Source of the DNA: Roseibacillus sp.
Lineage (GTDB): Bacteria; Verrucomicrobiota; Verrucomicrobiia; Verrucomicrobiales; Akkermansiaceae
Reading direction: 5' to 3'
Length of the DNA: 64,000 nt
NCBI GenBank assembly: GCA_051251855.1
Contig: JBPOGI010000001.1
Span: 1,696,001 to 1,760,000, forward strand
Numbering within the stretch: the first letter of the stretch is position 1; each line of letters begins with the position of its first letter. Below are positions 58,004 to 64,000 of this stretch, piece after piece. The notes under the pieces were generated by a model. That model ran no database searches. It saw nothing but the letters and a program-made list of their open reading frames with translations, and was not told where the DNA came from. A program made the position numbers and the translations under genes.

Positions 58004-59320
58004 TTAGCCAAAAATAGAGGTAATGGGACTTCCAATATCCTTATCAGGCCCCCCCATGCGGAAGGGTCGTCCACTTGGCGAGAAAATCACCTGTGAGTGG
58101 TCAAGACCTAGACCATGAGCGATGGTTGAATTCAAATCCTGCAAGGATACGGGATTCGAGTCGGGACGGTTTCCATCCTTATCCGAGGCTCCGTATTTAA
58201 CACCGCCTTTAACGCCGCCACCAGCAATCACCGTACTAAAACATGCAGGGTGATGATCTCGCCCGTTGTTGTGCTCAGCAACAATGTTAGGTGACCGTCC
58301 AAACTCAGTCGCAATCACAACCATAGTTGTCTCAAGCAAGCCTTTGGCCTCCAAATCTTCCACTAAAGCCGAGAAGCCTCGGTCCAGAACGGCTGCCTTG
58401 TTCTCAACAGACGCAAAGTTGTCGTAGTGAGTATCCCAGCCCCCCAGAGTCACCTCCACAAAACGAACACCTGACTCAACCAGACGACGAGCCAACAAGC
58501 AGCCCTGGCCGAAATTGTCGTTGCCATACTTAGAACGCATGTTGCTTGGCTCCTGATTGATATCAAAGGCCTTGAGGTCAGCGCTGTTCATCAACTTCAC
58601 CGCTTCATCATAAAGACTCTCGTAGGCCTTAATCTGCGGGACGTTATATTTCTCGTGAAACTTCTGATTCAGAGCATCGGCAATCGCAAGACGCTTGTTA
58701 AAGTCATCTTCACTCACGGTGTGCGCACGCGTGGAGTCCTTCAATCCCTCATTCGCTCGACCAAGTGGAACGCCCGCATACTCAGCACCCATGAACCCAG
58801 AGGAGGCATTCTTTGGATTTCCACCGACCGAAACAAATCCCGGTAAGGTCTGATTCTTACGACCCTTCAGACGCACCACCCAAGAACCGACAGAAGGGTG
58901 GGTAATTGTGCCACGCTGTGAATAGCTGCTGTGAAGCATATACTGACCTTGTTCGTGAGCACCCTGTGTAGAGGTCATGGAATTGATCACACACATCTTA
59001 TCCCCCACTGCCGCCGTCTTCGGGAGGAACTGTGAGATTTGGTAGTCACCCGTCGTCGCAATTGCTTCGGTAGGGCCTTGCACGTCGCGTCCAGGCTTAA
59101 CGTCGAAGGTGTCCAAGTGGCTCATACCGCCCGCCATATTCAGGAAGATCACATGCTCAGCCGCTTTACGCCCGGTCTTGACTCCCTGAGCAAAAGCAGG
59201 CGTCGCCAAGCCGGCTCCCAGCATTGGAGCCACCGTCACTCCCAAATAGGAGCGTGCAGCATTAACCATAAACTGACGCCGTCCGAGCTCATCGGCCTTA
59301 TTGAATTCGTTATTTTTCAT
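58004..59320 (-). CDS. DUF1501 domain protein (Tat signal)
   Basis: RRQF; IFLNMAGGMSHLDTFD.KP, GQGCLLARRLVESGVRFVEV, WDTH, EFGRSP, GRDH. Confidence 0.92.
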   Translation of the reverse strand: MKNNEFNKADELGRRQFMVNAARSYLGVTVAPMLGAGLATPAFAQGVKTGRKAAEHVIFLNMAGGMSHLDTFDVKPGRDVQGPTEAIATTGDYQISQFLPKTAAVGDKMCVINSMTSTQGAHEQGQYMLHSSYSQRGTITHPSVGSWVVRLKGRKNQTLPGFVSVGGNPKNASSGFMGAEYAGVPLGRANEGLKDSTRAHTVSEDDFNKRLAIADALNQKFHEKYNVPQIKAYESLYDEAVKLMNSADLKAFDINQEPSNMRSKYGNDNFGQGCLLARRLVESGVRFVEVTLGGWDTHYDNFASVENKAAVLDRGFSALVEDLEAKGLLETTMVVIATEFGRSPNIVAEHNNGRDHHPACFSTVIAGGGVKGGVKYGASDKDGNRPDSNPVSLQDLNSTIAHGLGLDHSQVIFSPSGRPFRMGGPDKDIGSPITSIFG

Positions 59321-59347
59321 AGCTGTTTTTCCTTTTCTTAAATTTTT

Positions 59348-61285
59348 CTACTGAACGAACAAAAACTCATGCGTCGACAGTAGAGCCGAAGACAAGTTGC
59401 GATAACTCTCCTCAGAGCCATCAATCACGTCCCTCATGAGAAGCTTCATCTCATCATCTGAAGGGGGACGGCCAAGAACAGCGTAGTAGAGATAGCGAAC
59501 CTTATCACGGTCGGTGCTCCCCGCTTCCAACGCTTTGTAGAGCGCCGAATCGTCATTACTCACCACCATCTTCTCGACATGTCCGTTCATCATCGAAAGA
59601 ACCTGCGACATGTTTGCTTCGTTTGTGGCCGAATCCAAAAGAACACGGTCGGACTGTCCAAACTGACGCAAAAAGTGACCCTTTGGCGCAGGAGACTCCA
59701 GTTCAGAAGCGCGTGCCATTCCCTTCACGGGACCTGAACGTCCTCCACCGCTCATCATCATCCCCATAGAGTCGTCCTTCTTCTTTTTCTTACTCTTAGA
59801 ACCTCCATTATACTTAGCGGCATCAAGGAGACCGTTGATATACTCGCGGTAAGCGCCGGGAGATTTGATCGCAAGAAGCTCCTTTGAGAGCTCGGTCATC
59901 GTCTTCTCTCCGTTTCCGAGAGCAATACGGCTGTAATAAATCGAGTTACTGAAGTTACGCTTCGGGAGAGCATCAGGGTTCCCCTTCACCAATGTCACCA
60001 TGGAGTCCCAAACCTGTTCCGCAGTCATCCGCTCAAGCTGGCGACCATTGAATGATTGAGGAACGCCGGCATCAAACGCCTTTGGATTGGCTGCGAACTG
60101 GAAGTTTCGAGTAAGAAGCAAAACATTCTGGAAAGCCTTTAGATCATAATCCAACGTCTTCATCAAAGCGATCAAGTCGTTCACCAATGCAGGAGAAACA
60201 GTATCTTCAGGCTCCTTGTATTCGTCAACAGGCTCCCAAATTCCACGGCCCATCACTCGCTGCCACATCCGATTGACGATAGTCGCATTGAAACGAGGAT
60301 TATCGTTGCTAGAAATCCAAGAAGCAAAGGTCTCGCGTGAATCACCAGCATTCTTGCGGTCAGACGTCCGCTCACGATTACCAAACGGAGTCTTTCCTCC
60401 AATCATCTCACCAGGGTCGCCATCGCGATACTGATAATCCTTAGGCAACTTGATACGCCCGTCGCCTCCACCAGCAAGTGTTGCATAGTGAATATTGTCC
60501 CCAATCCAGTCCACAAGGTAACCAAAATCGGTACGTTCTTCTTTTGCATCACGCACCTCACGCCAAACAGTGTCCCAAGGTCCGCGATTCACTTCCCGCT
60601 GACCGGTCACGAATGCCGCCAAATGATAAAAATCCATCCGCTCATACTCACCGAATGGATCGTCGTGGCACTGCGCACATTCCATCCGAGTTCCCGTGAA
60701 AATGCGCATTGTGTTGGAGAGGTTATCGAGCTCCATTCCCTTATCGCGAACGAAGTAGCCCACCGCGCCATTGTCAGCTTCCCAAAGAGAACCTTTAGAC
60801 GCGAGTAGCTCCTGGGCAATCTGGTCCCATGGCTTGTTCTCTGCGACTGCGGTGTGCACATACTTCAAGTAAGGCTCCGCGCTGGAACGCCCACTATCAA
60901 AAGTTTCCTGAGCTCGCAGAATATCGAGAATGTAATTGGTCATGTGACTCCGGTATCCATCGGAGTTCATCAAATAGGTAACAAGAGCCTCTCGCTTATC
61001 GGTATCTTCAATTTCGAGGAAAGCACGTGCCTCTTCCAAATTCGGGATTCGCCCACCGGCTACGAGAAAACTGCGACGCAAAAATGTGGGGTCATCAACC
61101 ACCTCAGGTACAGGCAACTTTTTCGACTTATAAAGAGCCGCAACGTGCCGATCGACCATCAGAGCCGACTTTTTAAGAAACTCAGGATCTTCATTTTGAG
61201 AAGACTTCTGAGCCAGCAAGGGGCAAGGGAGCAATGCGAGTGCCGAAAGCACTCCAACCACTTTTGAGTTTTTCATCATAGACAT
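59348..61285 (-). CDS. DUF1549/DUF1553 (PSCyt2/PSD1) domain protein
   Basis: D.TFLRR, MECAQCHDDP, DFY.LAAF, NP.F...IVNR.W..VMGRG, R.TAEQ.WDS, LGRPP. Confidence 0.88.
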   Translation of the reverse strand: MSMMKNSKVVGVLSALALLPCPLLAQKSSQNEDPEFLKKSALMVDRHVAALYKSKKLPVPEVVDDPTFLRRSFLVAGGRIPNLEEARAFLEIEDTDKREALVTYLMNSDGYRSHMTNYILDILRAQETFDSGRSSAEPYLKYVHTAVAENKPWDQIAQELLASKGSLWEADNGAVGYFVRDKGMELDNLSNTMRIFTGTRMECAQCHDDPFGEYERMDFYHLAAFVTGQREVNRGPWDTVWREVRDAKEERTDFGYLVDWIGDNIHYATLAGGGDGRIKLPKDYQYRDGDPGEMIGGKTPFGNRERTSDRKNAGDSRETFASWISSNDNPRFNATIVNRMWQRVMGRGIWEPVDEYKEPEDTVSPALVNDLIALMKTLDYDLKAFQNVLLLTRNFQFAANPKAFDAGVPQSFNGRQLERMTAEQVWDSMVTLVKGNPDALPKRNFSNSIYYSRIALGNGEKTMTELSKELLAIKSPGAYREYINGLLDAAKYNGGSKSKKKKKDDSMGMMMSGGGRSGPVKGMARASELESPAPKGHFLRQFGQSDRVLLDSATNEANMSQVLSMMNGHVEKMVVSNDDSALYKALEAGSTDRDKVRYLYYAVLGRPPSDDEMKLLMRDVIDGSEESYRNLSSALLSTHEFLFVQ

Positions 61286-61532
61286 TTACGTTTAACGCTT
61301 TGCAAAATTAGAGGTTTTTCAGGAAAATGCCGAGAAAACTTTCCTACAATACCAAGATATCGTGAAACTTAACTCAAAACCGCAGAAATCAGTCAAAAAA
61401 TCGTCAGAAACTGAAGAGAAAAGCCTAAATCTGTGAACCTGGCTGAAATTTGAAAGAGCAGTCTCGCCATTTCATCCCAACAATGGCGATAGACTTTCCC
61501 TTCCCCTTCCGTCTAGGCTCACATCGTAACCA

Positions 61533-62411
61533 ATGAATCGACGTCATTTTCTCACCGCTACCTCTGCTGCCGCCCTCATGCCCTCCGCTTTTGGACAAAA
61601 GCCAAACAAACCCCTCTTCGATATCTCGATCGCCCAGTGGTCGAACCATCGCATGCTTAAGGCGGGTAAATTGACAAACCTTGATTGGCCCCAATACACC
61701 AAAGACACCTACGACATTCATGCCTTGGAGTACGTCAATCAATTCTTCAAAGACAAAGCCGAGGATGCAGCCTATCTCGCCGACCTCAACAAACGCGTCG
61801 ACGACTTAGGCATGACCAACGTCCTCATCATGATCGATGGCGAAGGCAGCATCGGCGCTATCACCGAAAAAGAACGCAACAAGACCGTCGACAAGCACAA
61901 GCGTTGGGTCACAGCAGCCAAGACGCTCGGCTGCCACTCAATTCGAGTCAACGCCTACGGGGAAGGCTCTCCTGAAGATGCCGCCAAACAAGTCACCGAC
62001 GGCCTCCACAAGCTTTCTACCTTTGCCGCTGACCACGACATCAACATCATTGTTGAAAATCATGGGGGAAACTCCTCGAACGGCAAATGGCTCTCAGGAG
62101 TTCTCACCGCCGTCAATCTTCCCAACTGCGGTTCCCTCCCCGACTTCGGTAACTTCCACGAATACGACCGTTACCAGGGCATTAGCGACCTAATGCCTTT
62201 CGCCAAGGGGGTTTCGGCTAAATCTCGTGAGTTCGACAGCGCTGGTAACGAAGTCCAAACTGACTTCACCAAAGCAATGAAACTCGTGCTCGAAGCAAAC
62301 TACCGCGGCTACGTTGGCATCGAATACGAAGGCAAGAAACACACCGAAGACGAGGGCATCAAACTCACTAAAGCTCTTCTCGAGAAAGTGCGCAGCGAAT
62401 ATAAGAGCTAG
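61533..62411 (+). CDS. Tat-exported sugar phosphate isomerase/epimerase family protein
   Basis: RRHFL; SIAQWS, LEYV, LGCHSIRVN, VENHGG, LPDFGNF, SAK, GIEYEG. Confidence 0.85.
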   Translation: MNRRHFLTATSAAALMPSAFGQKPNKPLFDISIAQWSNHRMLKAGKLTNLDWPQYTKDTYDIHALEYVNQFFKDKAEDAAYLADLNKRVDDLGMTNVLIMIDGEGSIGAITEKERNKTVDKHKRWVTAAKTLGCHSIRVNAYGEGSPEDAAKQVTDGLHKLSTFAADHDINIIVENHGGNSSNGKWLSGVLTAVNLPNCGSLPDFGNFHEYDRYQGISDLMPFAKGVSAKSREFDSAGNEVQTDFTKAMKLVLEANYRGYVGIEYEGKKHTEDEGIKLTKALLEKVRSEYKS

Positions 62412-62451
62412 CCTCAGATTTTCAGGCGACGAGGAAAACGGCTTCAACTTG

Positions 62452-62636
62452 GGCGTCAGCGGCTATGATTCGGTAGTATTGTCCTACTCTGGGCCGCCCG
62501 AATCATCCATCCAAAGGTCGGCCGGTCTTTGCGGGTGACCATCCCTTGCGACTAACCGCCAAATGAAGAACTAGGGCGCGTTCAGCCGCCACTCCCTATC
62601 GTCAGATTGGCCGGTATCGCCTGATTGAGTGACGCT
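62452..62636. ncRNA. Candidate structured intergenic RNA element
   Basis: Nested stems: 62453-58/62630-35, 62459-64/62584-89, 62465-73/62498-506 and others; no convincing ORF. Confidence 0.45.
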
Positions 62637-62686
62637 ATCTATTTTCAGCAAGCCTTAAAACCTACACTGTTAGACACCCAACCAAT

Positions 62687-62720
62687 AAAAAACCCCGCCA
62701 GCCGAAGCTCGCGGGGTTTT
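62687..62720 (-). terminator. Intrinsic (probably bidirectional) terminator after eno
   Basis: AAAACCCCGC...GC-TTCG-GC (minus strand)...GCGGGGTTTT. Confidence 0.8.
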
Positions 62721-62745
62721 GAAAATTATCGGAAGCGTTAGCCCA

Positions 62746-64000
<1,255 letters not shown>

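Noticed and set aside
62428..62440. GAGGAAA resembling the RNase P RNA 5' signature
   Set aside because: Lacks GAGGAAAGUCC and the 3' conserved segment; region too short
62314..62538. 74-aa ORF overlapping the candidate structured RNA
   Set aside because: Starts out of frame inside the isomerase gene; no protein-like features

Overview
Bacterial chromosome window, most likely from a marine Verrucomicrobiota (Akkermansiaceae/Rubritaleaceae-like). This is inferred from PVC-typical families: a Minf_1886-like protein, a DUF1549/DUF1553 + DUF1501 pair, an ECF sigma with FecR-LamG anti-sigma, PEP-CTERM and SHD1 proteins. Core genes: ispH, surA-like, aroB, purL, mfd, purC, lpxD, two skp/ompH, panC, tRNA-Asp, fabD, dapF, prc, ruvA, nuoA, rpmB and eno (partial). 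Three accessory glycan blocks are present. (1) 25.2-33.7 kb: an ECF sigma/anti-sigma cassette with a PEP-CTERM protein, a modular sulfatase and a Ca-repeat protein. These share an apparently unnamed ~150-aa domain (4 copies), and a TAACG-N16-TGTAG motif precedes both the sigma and the PEP-CTERM gene. (2) 35.6-43.8 kb: a fucoidan-type cluster (SGNH-like proteins, GH107 endo-fucanase, sulfatase) abutting tRNA-Asp. (3) 53.6-57.8 kb: an alginate-lyase-like/CBM6/LamG mosaic. Five secreted proteins end in a shared candidate sorting domain. Other signals are a ~185-nt multi-stem intergenic element before the eno terminator, REP-like palindromes (one inside purL) and several apparently leaderless genes. 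No CRISPR array, rRNA, integrase or transposase was seen. All family calls come from motif recognition, not database searches.
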